Assembly: GCA_963677485.1 (NCBI GenBank)
Contig: OY781964.1
Span: 2,240,001-2,304,000 of the forward strand
Length of the DNA: 64,000 nucleotides
DNA from: Armatimonadota bacterium
Lineage (GTDB): Bacteria; Armatimonadota; HRBIN16
Direction of reading: 5' to 3'
The notes beneath the pieces were generated by a model that was given only the letters and a program-made list of their open reading frames with translations, searched no databases and had not been told where the DNA came from. Shown piece by piece: positions 38,675 through 48,012 of the stretch. The position numbers and the translations under genes were made by a program. Each line of letters begins with the position of its first letter. Within the stretch, counting starts at the first letter, position 1.

Positions 38675-41600
38675 CTATCGATTGCTACCCAGCTTATCCA
38701 GTACTGGGGCCAGGTAGACCGATAGCTGTTCCACGCTCACACCGCCTGTTAGCCGGTCGAGCTCCTGGGTCGCAAGGCTAAGCAGCCCAGGATTGGGCAG
38801 CTTGCGTGAAGCACGTTCCAGCACCATCTGAAGCTTTCGGAAGTACGATGCGGTTTGTTGTAACTTGGGCTTCGACCCTGCCTGAGCGTCGAGCCAGGGG
38901 ATCAGCTTCAGCCTGATATCGCGGTTCAGTTGACGGCACTGCTCCTGGGTGTTCGTGATGCCGGTATCTGAGCTGACCGGCATCTTGAAACTCGCCGTAT
39001 CAACTGACTGGCCCATCTCCTCTTGACCCAGCAAAAACAGCGGCAACGGCTGGCCATTGATGGGCTGCAGCTTCACAAGGTTGGCGCTCATTGCCGAAGC
39101 GAATGGCAGTGCTTCGGGCGACAAGCTGTCTGACTTTGCGGAGCAGCCGTGCTGCCCACCGAATTTTGATACGCTCTCATATGCCTGGTAATAGGCCGAT
39201 CGGGCATCCTGAAGTAGCTGGTACAGGCTGACCATCTCCTTATCACGCCGGAAGGCCGTGACCGAATCGGCTGTGAAGCTGTCAATACTTTCCGCGCCAC
39301 ATGCCTCTGCAGATGAAAGGCGTATTACGGAGGCGTTGTATCCTTGTTTTGCCAGTAGTTGCACCATCTGGGCATAAAGGGCCTGGTTCATGGCCGTCAT
39401 ATGCTGTGCAAGGCTCTGCAGGGCGTCTACGGAGAGCTGGCTAAGGTAATACTTGGCCGGTGTACTCACAAACACCGAAGCCGCGAGCTGCTGTGCCGTG
39501 CTGCGAAGCCCCGGTAGCTCCTTGCTGGCCGGATCAAGCTGCGCGGCGGTTTCCAGCCTCTGCTCTGCTTGTATGTAGGCTTCCGCTAGCCGTTTGCCTT
39601 GTTGTAAGTCCGCTTCAAACCGCGCTAAATCCGGCTCTCCATCTTGAGAGGGATCAGGAACCGCTCCAGCATAGAGCTTCGCGAACTCGAAGCATTTGGA
39701 CTGAGCCAGCATATCTGAGGCCAGTTTCAATTCAGGTTCGCTCCCCGGCAGAGAGTTCCAGTTATCGATCGCCGATTGGGCAGCTCGGTATAGCGACTGT
39801 GACCAACTCATCACCCCACGCGCCAACCTCACCACTCCGCCGGCCTGATATCCCTGCGCGCCTTCCAACGCTGCCAGTGTGGGGCTGTCCGCTCCCCAGC
39901 AGCGGGCTCCGGTACTACCCAGGCCGCTGATGGGTACATCGCTCAGTCCCAGGTGTATGCCCGCAGGCTCGGTCAATGCGTGCTGCCGAAGCTGCTCTAC
40001 AAACGCAATCCGTGCAGCGGCCCCGGGAAGAGTGCCATGGTTGCTCCAGTATTCGCTGCTCTTGTGGGCCAGTTCCTGAACCCATTCCGAGATCGGTGTG
40101 ATGTCACGCGCAGCCAACAGCTTCGCATTGATGTGGCTGGCCCACTCAGCGTCTGCATCACTCAGTTGGTCCTCAGGTATTTGTAGCTGCAGTGTGGAAG
40201 CCGTCTGCAGCAGTGCCATCACACGCTGAACTTTTAACGCCTCTTCACGCCCCCAGTTCATCAGCATCTGCGCGTTGAGATCATCCATGAGGCTCCGACG
40301 GTGGACGGGGAGGCTGGTTTCAACCCGACTGAGCTCGTCATCGGCTAGCCTCTGCAGGGTATCGGTCCAGAGAAGCCTTCGCAAAGATTCCGGTTGTACC
40401 GCCCCATTGAGCATCACGTTGTTGGTCTGATCCTGTCGGGCCTCTGTGAAACACTGGCTGAGGTTGTTCAAGTATTCTTTGTGCAGCTCTGAGGCGATGA
40501 GCATCTGCTGGCGGTCTGTGACTGGTTCTGGCAGGCCCGCTAGTTTGGTTATTGCCTTCAATTCAGTGACTAAACGGTCATGCTGGTCTTGCTGCGCTTG
40601 TGTTGGGTTTTGCGGGTCGCCTGCTAACTCCAACTGCTGGCAGAGTGTTTCCATGCAGGCTTGATACCCAATCATCAAAGTTTGGGCGTATCGGCACAAC
40701 CTCAGGTCCTCTGAGGCTTCACGGGAATTTCCAGAAACTCTAGCCATATTGGCCTGAACCAAGAACCGGAAAAAGCTGCGGGCTGATTGTGCAAACCCGC
40801 TTCGGGCGACGACCATCTGCCCCAGTAATGGCGTCATCGCCCTAATCTGGGCTTCACACTCGGGGGTAGACTGGTTGTAGAACGGTGCCCATTTTGCCTC
40901 AAACTGGTAGGCCTGCTTGCCGTTCATCGGGCCATATAATATTCGCATCGATTCTTGTGCGGCAGATAATACCGCCCGACTGCCTGGCAGCAGCTTATTA
41001 GCCGACCACGCCAGGTTGTTCACATCAATCGAGAAGGCAGGCAAACTGATGCTCCGTTGTGGTGATGCGGACTCTTGCCACAGCACATCGTCAGGTCTCT
41101 TCTCTGCCGTGGGGGTGAAAAGTTGAATCACACTCACCTGCTGCTCTGACGAATGGCCAACCGCCTCCCGATCGGGCGTTGGGGTATCAGCAGAGGTGCT
41201 CTGCCACTCAATGCTGGCCCAGCTATCACGTACCAGCTCTGGGGGCGTCGGCAGCACCACTTTGGATGACACAGAGGCCCCTAGTTGGTAGGAATGCTGT
41301 TTGTAGAGCACGATCAGCGTGTAGGAGGCGATCTGTTTCGTAGGGTCGTAGTTGCTGGCTAACACCGCGGGCATTCCACCGATGGTGGTCCGGCTGAGCT
41401 GCTGACGCGTGGTGCTTTGCTTGAGCGAAAGCTCAAAGGTGGCAAGTGACTGCTCTGGCGTTAAGCCGGTGAGGTTAGTAGATTTACGGTCGCAGATCAG
41501 CATCTCCTCGGAGCTTTCGCTGATGGCGATGATGTCCACACCGCGTTCCAGATTCGGTGGCAGCAGCTTCCATCCCGATGGCAGCTTCATGCGGTAGGCT

Positions 41601-41704
41601 CCCTCGGGATGCTGATACCAATCGGCTGTCTGTGCCTGAACATGGGTGACCACCAGCACACACAGACTGAGCAGCATCAAGCCTATTGCGCAGCTTCGTC
41701 GCAT
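38675..41704 (-). CDS. Large secreted hypothetical protein (PsbP-like N-domain, long helical remainder)
   Basis: Signal peptide MRRSCAIGLMLL..; YQHPEGAYRMKLPSGWK PsbP-like start; uninterrupted ORF of about 1010 aa. Confidence 0.65.
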   Translation of the reverse strand: MRRSCAIGLMLLSLCVLVVTHVQAQTADWYQHPEGAYRMKLPSGWKLLPPNLERGVDIIAISESSEEMLICDRKSTNLTGLTPEQSLATFELSLKQSTTRQQLSRTTIGGMPAVLASNYDPTKQIASYTLIVLYKQHSYQLGASVSSKVVLPTPPELVRDSWASIEWQSTSADTPTPDREAVGHSSEQQVSVIQLFTPTAEKRPDDVLWQESASPQRSISLPAFSIDVNNLAWSANKLLPGSRAVLSAAQESMRILYGPMNGKQAYQFEAKWAPFYNQSTPECEAQIRAMTPLLGQMVVARSGFAQSARSFFRFLVQANMARVSGNSREASEDLRLCRYAQTLMIGYQACMETLCQQLELAGDPQNPTQAQQDQHDRLVTELKAITKLAGLPEPVTDRQQMLIASELHKEYLNNLSQCFTEARQDQTNNVMLNGAVQPESLRRLLWTDTLQRLADDELSRVETSLPVHRRSLMDDLNAQMLMNWGREEALKVQRVMALLQTASTLQLQIPEDQLSDADAEWASHINAKLLAARDITPISEWVQELAHKSSEYWSNHGTLPGAAARIAFVEQLRQHALTEPAGIHLGLSDVPISGLGSTGARCWGADSPTLAALEGAQGYQAGGVVRLARGVMSWSQSLYRAAQSAIDNWNSLPGSEPELKLASDMLAQSKCFEFAKLYAGAVPDPSQDGEPDLARFEADLQQGKRLAEAYIQAEQRLETAAQLDPASKELPGLRSTAQQLAASVFVSTPAKYYLSQLSVDALQSLAQHMTAMNQALYAQMVQLLAKQGYNASVIRLSSAEACGAESIDSFTADSVTAFRRDKEMVSLYQLLQDARSAYYQAYESVSKFGGQHGCSAKSDSLSPEALPFASAMSANLVKLQPINGQPLPLFLLGQEEMGQSVDTASFKMPVSSDTGITNTQEQCRQLNRDIRLKLIPWLDAQAGSKPKLQQTASYFRKLQMVLERASRKLPNPGLLSLATQELDRLTGGVSVEQLSVYLAPVLDKLGSNR

Positions 41705-41714
41705 GATGGTGTGA

Positions 41715-42320
41715 CTACTTAGCCGGTGCAGGTCGAGAGACATACACACTGCGCTGTATCCAAAACCGCCAGGGATACTCCTGCCCCTGGCTGATGCCGA
41801 TCCGTGTGCCGCTGCATATCTGCCCAGGGGGCAGTGCAGCGGCATCGTGCAGTGTTAAAGCCCCGCTCAGAAGGCTGCTGCCGTTCTGCTGCTTCACAAG
41901 CCCGAACGCCTTCGCGAGCTTACCTGGCCCGCTGCAGAGCTTCTTTATGTCATCTATCTGCCGGTTCGTGCGCATCAGCTCCACACCCAGCACGGGCTCC
42001 ACGGCGCGTATCAACACGCCTTCACCAACACCTTCGGGCTGCGTGATGGCGTTAAGCATCAGGTGGGTATGAACCTGGTAGATGTAGGCGTGAGCAGGCG
42101 GTCCGAACATCGCCGCATTGCGAGCGGTCAGCCCCCTGTTGGCGTGGCAGGCGGGGTCATTCTGGCAGTAGGCCTCGGTCTCCACGATGATCCCGGCGAT
42201 CAGTCCCGACTCAGTTTGATGCACCAGAATCTTACCTAAAAGCGCTTGAGCGACCTCCACGGTGGGCTCAAGGTAGAAGTTAACTGGTAACGGCTCAGAG
42301 GGATAGCTGGCTATTTCCAT
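41715..42320 (-). CDS. mpg: DNA-3-methyladenine glycosylase (AAG/MPG family)
   Basis: VAQALLGK.L, GIIVETEAY, DPACHA, MFGPP.HAYIY, VLIRAVEP, CSGPGKL, RIGIS....PWRF. Confidence 0.95.
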   Translation of the reverse strand: MEIASYPSEPLPVNFYLEPTVEVAQALLGKILVHQTESGLIAGIIVETEAYCQNDPACHANRGLTARNAAMFGPPAHAYIYQVHTHLMLNAITQPEGVGEGVLIRAVEPVLGVELMRTNRQIDDIKKLCSGPGKLAKAFGLVKQQNGSSLLSGALTLHDAAALPPGQICSGTRIGISQGQEYPWRFWIQRSVYVSRPAPAK

Positions 42321-42757
42321 TCCCGCAGCCTTCTGAACACTGCAGAAATGGCCGGTGTGAAACGCTCCGCCTGGACTTGTCCAGACTTCAACAACGCACG
42401 GAGCTGCTCCGCATTCTGAATGGGGAATTTCTGCATGAGTGCCAGTAAAGCGCGGCCGGTCACTCCCGGCAAGGTCAGTATCTCTTGCACTCCGGCAGGT
42501 ATCTGCTGCTTTATCTTATCCAGCAGTGGGAAGCTGCCGGTTTCAACCAGCAACTGCGCTTTTTCGTATATCGCCTTGCCGACACCAGGGATTTTTTCAA
42601 ACAGGCCGGTTTTCAGAGCTTCAACAAGCGGCATATCCAGTCTTTCGATGGCGTCTGCGGCAGCGCGGTAGGCCCTTACCTTGAAGGGGCTGTCATTCAG
42701 GTATTCCAACGCATTTGCCACAAAACGAAATGTGGCCGCAATCTGATCGTTTGTCAT
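42311..42757 (-). CDS. Stand-alone DNA polymerase X N-terminal (8-kDa lyase/HhH) domain protein
   Basis: MTNDQIAATF...FKVRAYRAAA...KIPGVGKAIYEK...LPGV; ends at 148 aa with no palm or PHP domain. Confidence 0.85.
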   Translation of the reverse strand: MTNDQIAATFRFVANALEYLNDSPFKVRAYRAAADAIERLDMPLVEALKTGLFEKIPGVGKAIYEKAQLLVETGSFPLLDKIKQQIPAGVQEILTLPGVTGRALLALMQKFPIQNAEQLRALLKSGQVQAERFTPAISAVFRRLREWK

Positions 42758-44052
42758 TGTCGCCTTTCACGTGCCAGCCTGGCGATGGCCGCCGCAAGCT
42801 TGTCGGCGTTATGGCGGACGATGGTGTTTTCATTGATGAAGTCACCAAGCACCACCTTGACGCCCAGCTCACGGATACGGTCGGCATCTGGCTCCACAAA
42901 CTCTGCGCCGGTGGACGCGTAGCGGTTCAGCACATCAGCGGCAGGGCGGGTGGTGTTGACCAGCACATAATCTATTAACTTTAGGTCCGTATGGTCCATG
43001 AATACGCGCACATGGTCACTGGCTGAAAAGCGGTCAGTTTCGCCGGGCTGCGTCATGACATTACATACATATACCTTCAACGCACTGCTGCGGTGGATGG
43101 CGCGCGCAATAGAATCGACCAGCAGGTTTGGTAATACGGAAGTATACACACTACCAGGGCCAAGAACGACCACGTCGGCTTCCAGAATCGCTTGAATGGC
43201 CTCTTCTGGTGGTAAGACATCGCGCGGTTTGAGCTCCAACTGTCTGATCGCAGACGGGTGGGCGACGATGTTAGTTTCGCCTTCCACCTCCGAGCCGTCG
43301 GCCATACGGGCCAGCAGACGCACCTGGTGTAGTGTTGAGGGCAGCACACGCCCCTTGATGGCCAGAACTTTGCTAGTCTTCTGAATGGCATTTTCAAAGT
43401 CACCGGTGATGGCGGTCATGGCCACAATCAACAGGTTGCCGAAAGAGTGCCCTTCCAAACCTGGAGGCGAAGTAAAGCGGTATTGGAACAGCTCCTGCAT
43501 CGTCGGTTCGGCATCGGCAAGCGCTACCAGGCAGTTGCGGATATCGCCTGGGGGCAGCACGTGGAACTCCTCTACCAGCCGTCCTGAGCTGCCGCCGTCA
43601 TCAGTCACCGTCACGATCGCTGTGATATTGCTGGTGTACTGCTTCAAACCGCGCAGCATCGTGCTCAAGCCGGTACCTCCGCCCACTACCACCACGCGCG
43701 CGCCGGATTTCAGGCGGCTTTTGCTATTAATGGTGATGGCCAGGTTCTGCGCGGCGATAGGGTCGATTGCGTATGCAACGGTACGGACCAGGCCACGCAC
43801 CATCAATAGACAGAATGCCAATCCTAACAGTAGCAGAAATACGCCCAGGCCGATACCCATACTGCGAGACATCTGTTCGGTAATGAGATGCAACATATTG
43901 GTTCGAAGAGGCAGCAGGCTTTCCAGTAATAGTTGAAGGCCAAGAAACGCGATACCTACCCCAATCAACGCACCCATGAACCAACGCTTGATCTGTATAC
44001 CGGGCCTGAGCCAGGATAGTCGCGGGTGTTTTGGGCGTGGTGGATGGGTCAT
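42754..44052 (-). CDS. yvcK: YvcK/GlmR (UPF0052) family protein with N-terminal TM extension
   Basis: VVVGGGTGLSTMLRGLK, VTVTDDGGSSG, PPGDIRNC, GHSFGNL, LGPGSVYTS, NVMTQPGET. Confidence 0.93.
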   Translation of the reverse strand: MTHPPRPKHPRLSWLRPGIQIKRWFMGALIGVGIAFLGLQLLLESLLPLRTNMLHLITEQMSRSMGIGLGVFLLLLGLAFCLLMVRGLVRTVAYAIDPIAAQNLAITINSKSRLKSGARVVVVGGGTGLSTMLRGLKQYTSNITAIVTVTDDGGSSGRLVEEFHVLPPGDIRNCLVALADAEPTMQELFQYRFTSPPGLEGHSFGNLLIVAMTAITGDFENAIQKTSKVLAIKGRVLPSTLHQVRLLARMADGSEVEGETNIVAHPSAIRQLELKPRDVLPPEEAIQAILEADVVVLGPGSVYTSVLPNLLVDSIARAIHRSSALKVYVCNVMTQPGETDRFSASDHVRVFMDHTDLKLIDYVLVNTTRPAADVLNRYASTGAEFVEPDADRIRELGVKVVLGDFINENTIVRHNADKLAAAIARLARERRQ

Positions 44053-44053
44053 G

Positions 44054-44941
44054 TTATTCTGCCCTCATCGGTGACGTGTTGATATCTCGGTGCTGTACGC
44101 CCACGCGGTAACCGGTGGCTTCCAGCCTTTGTGCCAGTTCCTCCGCCATGACCACGCTTCGATGCCGTCCGCCTGTGCAGCCGATGCCAATCGTGAGGTA
44201 TGCCTTACCCTCTTTTATGTATTGGGGCAGGGTGAAGGACACAAGGTCGACCAGCTTCACCATAAACGGCTCCGCCAAATCGTCTTTAAACACATACTCA
44301 CGGATGGAGCGGTTAATGCCGGTCATATCACGCAGTTCGGGTTGGTAATAGGGGTTGCGCAGGAAACGGACATCAAACACCAGGTCAGCGTCAATCGGCA
44401 CGCCATGCTTGAATCCAAACGAGCAGACAGTGATGCAGAGCCCAGATTGGCTGCCTTCCTGTCCGTAGTCATTTTTCAATCTCATGCGCAGCTCAGCGGG
44501 GGTATACTGGGAGGTATCAATGATATGATGGGCCACCTCACGGATGGGCTCCATCACCAGCTTTTCGGCACGGATCGCCTCAAGTATGGTCGGGTACTGC
44601 TCAAACAAGGGGTGTTTACGGCGGGTCTCTTTGAACCGCTGAACCAGCACGCCATCGCTGGCATCCAGGTAGAGGATTTTGATGTCGGCACCAAGGCTTT
44701 GGGCCTGCCGCACGTAGCTCAGTGTTTCTTGGAACATCTGACCGCTTCGGGTGTCGATCACCACGGCGATGCGCTTCTGTTTGCTCCAGTGGGCGCTGTT
44801 GACCAGGCTGACTAGCCCAGGAAGTAGCCCGGGCGGCAGGTTGTCAACGCAGGTATATCCCAAATCCTCAAACGTCTGCTGAACCAGTTGCTTCCCAGCT
44901 CCAGAGGCACCAGTGATGATGACCCACTGTTGATTACCCAT
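44054..44941 (-). CDS. rapZ: RNase adapter / nucleotide-binding protein RapZ (YvcJ)
   Basis: ITGASGAGK, CVDNLPP, RFKETRRKHPL, SFGFKHGVP, DVRFLRNPYY, IGCTGGRHRSV. Confidence 0.95.
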   Translation of the reverse strand: MGNQQWVIITGASGAGKQLVQQTFEDLGYTCVDNLPPGLLPGLVSLVNSAHWSKQKRIAVVIDTRSGQMFQETLSYVRQAQSLGADIKILYLDASDGVLVQRFKETRRKHPLFEQYPTILEAIRAEKLVMEPIREVAHHIIDTSQYTPAELRMRLKNDYGQEGSQSGLCITVCSFGFKHGVPIDADLVFDVRFLRNPYYQPELRDMTGINRSIREYVFKDDLAEPFMVKLVDLVSFTLPQYIKEGKAYLTIGIGCTGGRHRSVVMAEELAQRLEATGYRVGVQHRDINTSPMRAE

Positions 44942-44947
44942 ACTGAC

Positions 44948-45322
44948 TTATCCTCTTCTTACTAATGCAGATGATGTGACGTTTTGAAGACTGCTGTTCA
45001 CCAGGCTCATGATGATGGAGCCCACCATCGCCGCCACAAACCCATTTACGTCAAAGTCGGGAGACAACCACCCCGCCAGCCAGAATAGGAAGGCGTTAAT
45101 GGGCAGGTTGATTAGCCCCAAAGTGAGGCAACTTAAGGGTAAAGCGAACAACCGTATCAGGGGGCCTATGGAGCAGTTGATCAGTGCAAAAACAGCTGCA
45201 GCCAGCATCACACCCCAGAAGTTTTGCGACAGCGACATGCCCAGGTGCAGCATGATACCCAGCTTCACCGTGACGATCAGCGAAACCGCTGACACGATCC
45301 ATCGGGCGAAAAATTCAACCAT
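44948..45322 (-). CDS. Phage-holin-like 4-TM membrane protein (YvlD family)
   Basis: IGPLIRLFALPL..LTLGL....NAFLFWLA...F.VNGF.AA..GS; usual neighbour of rapZ. Confidence 0.85.
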   Translation of the reverse strand: MVEFFARWIVSAVSLIVTVKLGIMLHLGMSLSQNFWGVMLAAAVFALINCSIGPLIRLFALPLSCLTLGLINLPINAFLFWLAGWLSPDFDVNGFVAAMVGSIIMSLVNSSLQNVTSSALVRRG

Positions 45323-45390
45323 CGAGACATCTCCGCATCCGCTCTGTACTGACCTTGACAACGAATGACTGTAGATACATGATAGCAGGT

Positions 45391-46314
45391 TTACCGCTCG
45401 TCTTCCTCACCGTGAACGCGGACTAGCAGGGTAGGACAAGCTGCATTGGCTATCAGTTGCGGACTTTGGCTGCGGCTCCAGAAGGCATCCCAGGCCGATC
45501 TGCCGTGCGTGGCCAGCACCAGCAGCCCGCTGTGCTCCTGGTTCGCCGCGATGCTGATCTGTTCTACCACATCGCCCCGACGCACCTCACCGCGCATGTC
45601 GATCCCCCGCTCACGGTAAGGCTGACAGAGCTGTCGCAGATACTCCACGGCACTCTGTGTGGCTGCCTCCAGAGCGGCCTCTGTGGCGTTAGGCAGCAGG
45701 TTGCGTGTCGCCGCCCTGTTACCCGTCAGGTCGGCGCTTGTCGGCACAACCTGCAGTAGCTGGATGCTCATTTGGCAGGCGTCAGCCAGGCTCACGGCCC
45801 ACTCCATACCCGCCTCATGAGCCGGTGTTCCATCCAGTGCGACTATGATACGCCCTTCCATCAAGACCTTTGAGGGCACACGCTCTGCCTTGAACATCAG
45901 CACTGGCACTTCCGATAATGCGATGATCTGCTGCACCACGTTGCCATGCAGCATCTCGTGGAAACCGCCACCATGATGCAGAGCCACCACCACCAGGTCG
46001 GTGTTGAGCTCCTTCACATGCTGGGCGATGCTGGCGGGAATGTTCTCTTCAGGTAGAGAGTGCAAGTCGGTCTCTACGGCCACTCCTTGCTCCACCAGCC
46101 GATCGGCCACGCTCTTCAGGTAGCTTAACGCGTGTTCACTGTCTGCAAGATGGGCGTGGCCATGGGTCTCAGCTTTCGCATGAGCTTCGATGGCATGGAA
46201 CAGCACGCAGACGGCATCGAACTTATGTGCCAACTGGACCGCCGGTTGGACGGCGAGTTCGGCTTGCTCTGAGCCGTTGAGCGGAACGAGTATGCGTTTA
46301 ATCTGCTTGCTCAT
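45391..46314 (-). CDS. Universal stress protein (tandem USP domains)
   Basis: ILVPLNGS..AE.A, IIVALDG, LLVLATHGRS, CPTLLV. Confidence 0.9.
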   Translation of the reverse strand: MSKQIKRILVPLNGSEQAELAVQPAVQLAHKFDAVCVLFHAIEAHAKAETHGHAHLADSEHALSYLKSVADRLVEQGVAVETDLHSLPEENIPASIAQHVKELNTDLVVVALHHGGGFHEMLHGNVVQQIIALSEVPVLMFKAERVPSKVLMEGRIIVALDGTPAHEAGMEWAVSLADACQMSIQLLQVVPTSADLTGNRAATRNLLPNATEAALEAATQSAVEYLRQLCQPYRERGIDMRGEVRRGDVVEQISIAANQEHSGLLVLATHGRSAWDAFWSRSQSPQLIANAACPTLLVRVHGEEDER

Positions 46315-47621
46315 GCGAATAACCCTTTCACCGTTTCGAAGAGAAGGAACAGGTTCAACACCACGATCAGCGAGGCGACCGCAGCCGCCACGACCGTGGT
46401 GATTTTGTGGTTGACCAGGTCACCCATCAGCTTTTTGTCTGCCGTGAAAACAACCAGTGGGATGATAGCAAATGGCAGCCCGAAGCTAAGCAGCACCTGG
46501 CTGATGACGAGTGTGCGCGTTGGGTCTGTGCCCAGCATGATGACAAGCAGGGCAGGGAGCATGGTGATGAGCCGCCGGAGCCATGGGGCGATATGGGTTC
46601 TCATAAAGCCTTGCATGATCACTTGTCCGCTCATCGTGCCCACGGCGCTGGAACTCAACCCGGCGGCCAGCAGTGCCCCGCCAAACACCCAACTGGCGGC
46701 GGGGCCTAGCAGTGGGGTCAGTGCTTTGTATGCGATTTCTATGCTGCCCACGTTCTGGTGGCCAGAGGCATGAAAGGCAGCGGCGGCCGTCACCAGCATG
46801 GCCATATTCACCAGCCCGGCCAGGCTCATGGCCAGCACCACATCCATGATCTGGAAGCGCATCAGCTTGCGGCGCATCTCAGGGCTTTTCACCACGATAC
46901 GCCCCGCGGTGAGTGCTGAATGAAGGAAAATCACATGCGGCATGACGGTCGCGCCTAGAATGCCACAGGCCAGCAGGATGCTTTCGGTACCGGCAAATCG
47001 CGGATTGATGATGGAGTGCATGATCTGCGCGCCATCTGGATGGCCAATCCACATCTCAATGAGGTAGCACAGCGCGATACTGCCCACAAAGGCGCTGATG
47101 ACGGCTTCCAGCGGACGGAACCCGAAACGCTCCATGGTCAAGATGAGGAAGGTGGCGATTGCTGTAATGAAGCCGGCCCATATCAGGGGGATACCGAATA
47201 ATAGATACATGCCGAGAGCGGCCCCAAGAAATTCCGCGAGATCGGTGGCCATGGCCACCAGCTCCATTAAGATCCAAAGGGTGACGGTGACCGGCTTAGG
47301 GTATTTATCACGGCAACACTCCGCCAGGTTCTTGCCCGTGGCGATGCCCAGCTTGGCGGAGAGGGTTTGGATAAGCATGGCCATGAGGTTGCTGGCTACG
47401 ATGACCCATACCAGCAGGTAGCCGTATTTGGCTCCAGCCTGGATGTTTGTGGCGAAGTTGCCCGGGTCAACATATGCGATGGAGGCGATGAAAGCAGGGC
47501 CGAAGAACGGCATGATCCTGGCGACCAATCCCTTTTTGGAGTGGCCGCTTAGTGTTTCGTTCGCCACGGTGATGACCGCATCATCCGCTTGCGAGAGCGA
47601 GGTTCTCAGTTGATCAGGCAC
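46311..47621 (-). CDS. mntH: Nramp-family divalent metal (Mn2+) transporter
   Basis: GPAFIASIAYVDPGNFATN, GATVMPHVIFLHS, GTMSGQVIMQGF, SQVLLSFGLPFA. Confidence 0.95.
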   Translation of the reverse strand: MPDQLRTSLSQADDAVITVANETLSGHSKKGLVARIMPFFGPAFIASIAYVDPGNFATNIQAGAKYGYLLVWVIVASNLMAMLIQTLSAKLGIATGKNLAECCRDKYPKPVTVTLWILMELVAMATDLAEFLGAALGMYLLFGIPLIWAGFITAIATFLILTMERFGFRPLEAVISAFVGSIALCYLIEMWIGHPDGAQIMHSIINPRFAGTESILLACGILGATVMPHVIFLHSALTAGRIVVKSPEMRRKLMRFQIMDVVLAMSLAGLVNMAMLVTAAAAFHASGHQNVGSIEIAYKALTPLLGPAASWVFGGALLAAGLSSSAVGTMSGQVIMQGFMRTHIAPWLRRLITMLPALLVIMLGTDPTRTLVISQVLLSFGLPFAIIPLVVFTADKKLMGDLVNHKITTVVAAAVASLIVVLNLFLLFETVKGLFA

Positions 47622-47710
47622 GATCTCTTGTTCCTTTCACCGAAACATTTCGTTAGGCGACTGTTGTTTCTCAAGCACGCTGGCGTGTATAACCGCCTCA
47701 GGCCGCGTTG

Positions 47711-47890
47711 GTAAGTAACTTGGTTGGCTATGTCCGGGGCGGTCTGTCAGTACGCCTGCAGAGGCCACTGTCTATAGACCGCGCCGGTCTTGTTCCTGAC
47801 ACAAATCTACAAGGCTGTCCGCCAGACCGGCGCGGTCTTGAGCCTTCTGCATCCGCTAGCCTACGCACAGACCGCCCCGGACATAGGCAA
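47711..47890 (-). mobile_element. MITE/REPIN-like element, family A (inverted copy of 10731-10911)
   Basis: Same TIR CTATGTCCGGGGCGGTCTG and same internal inverted pair. Confidence 0.75.
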
Positions 47891-47933
47891 AACTTGTCTG
47901 CACTAATCGTTGTTGATTCGATAGTTTGGTTTT

Positions 47934-48012
47934 AGGGCGCCCACAAGGGACGCCCCTACGACCAGTTTCAGTTACAGTCTGGGCTGCCGTGCCAGCACGG
48001 GCGGGTGCTTAT
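47934..48012 (-). repeat. REP-like palindrome (47934-47959) plus family B repeat (47968-48012)
   Basis: AGGGCGCCCACAAGGGACGCCCCTAC; CTGGGCTGCCGTGCCAGCACGGGCGGGTGCTTAT. Confidence 0.65.

Noticed and set aside
44948-45322. Prophage suggested by the holin-like gene
   Set aside because: YvlD-type gene in its usual rapZ context; no phage structural genes or integrase.
47622-47710. yybP-ykoY Mn riboswitch or MntR box upstream of mntH
   Set aside because: No riboswitch consensus. Only a weak GAAACA-N17-TGTTTC inverted repeat, too little to call.
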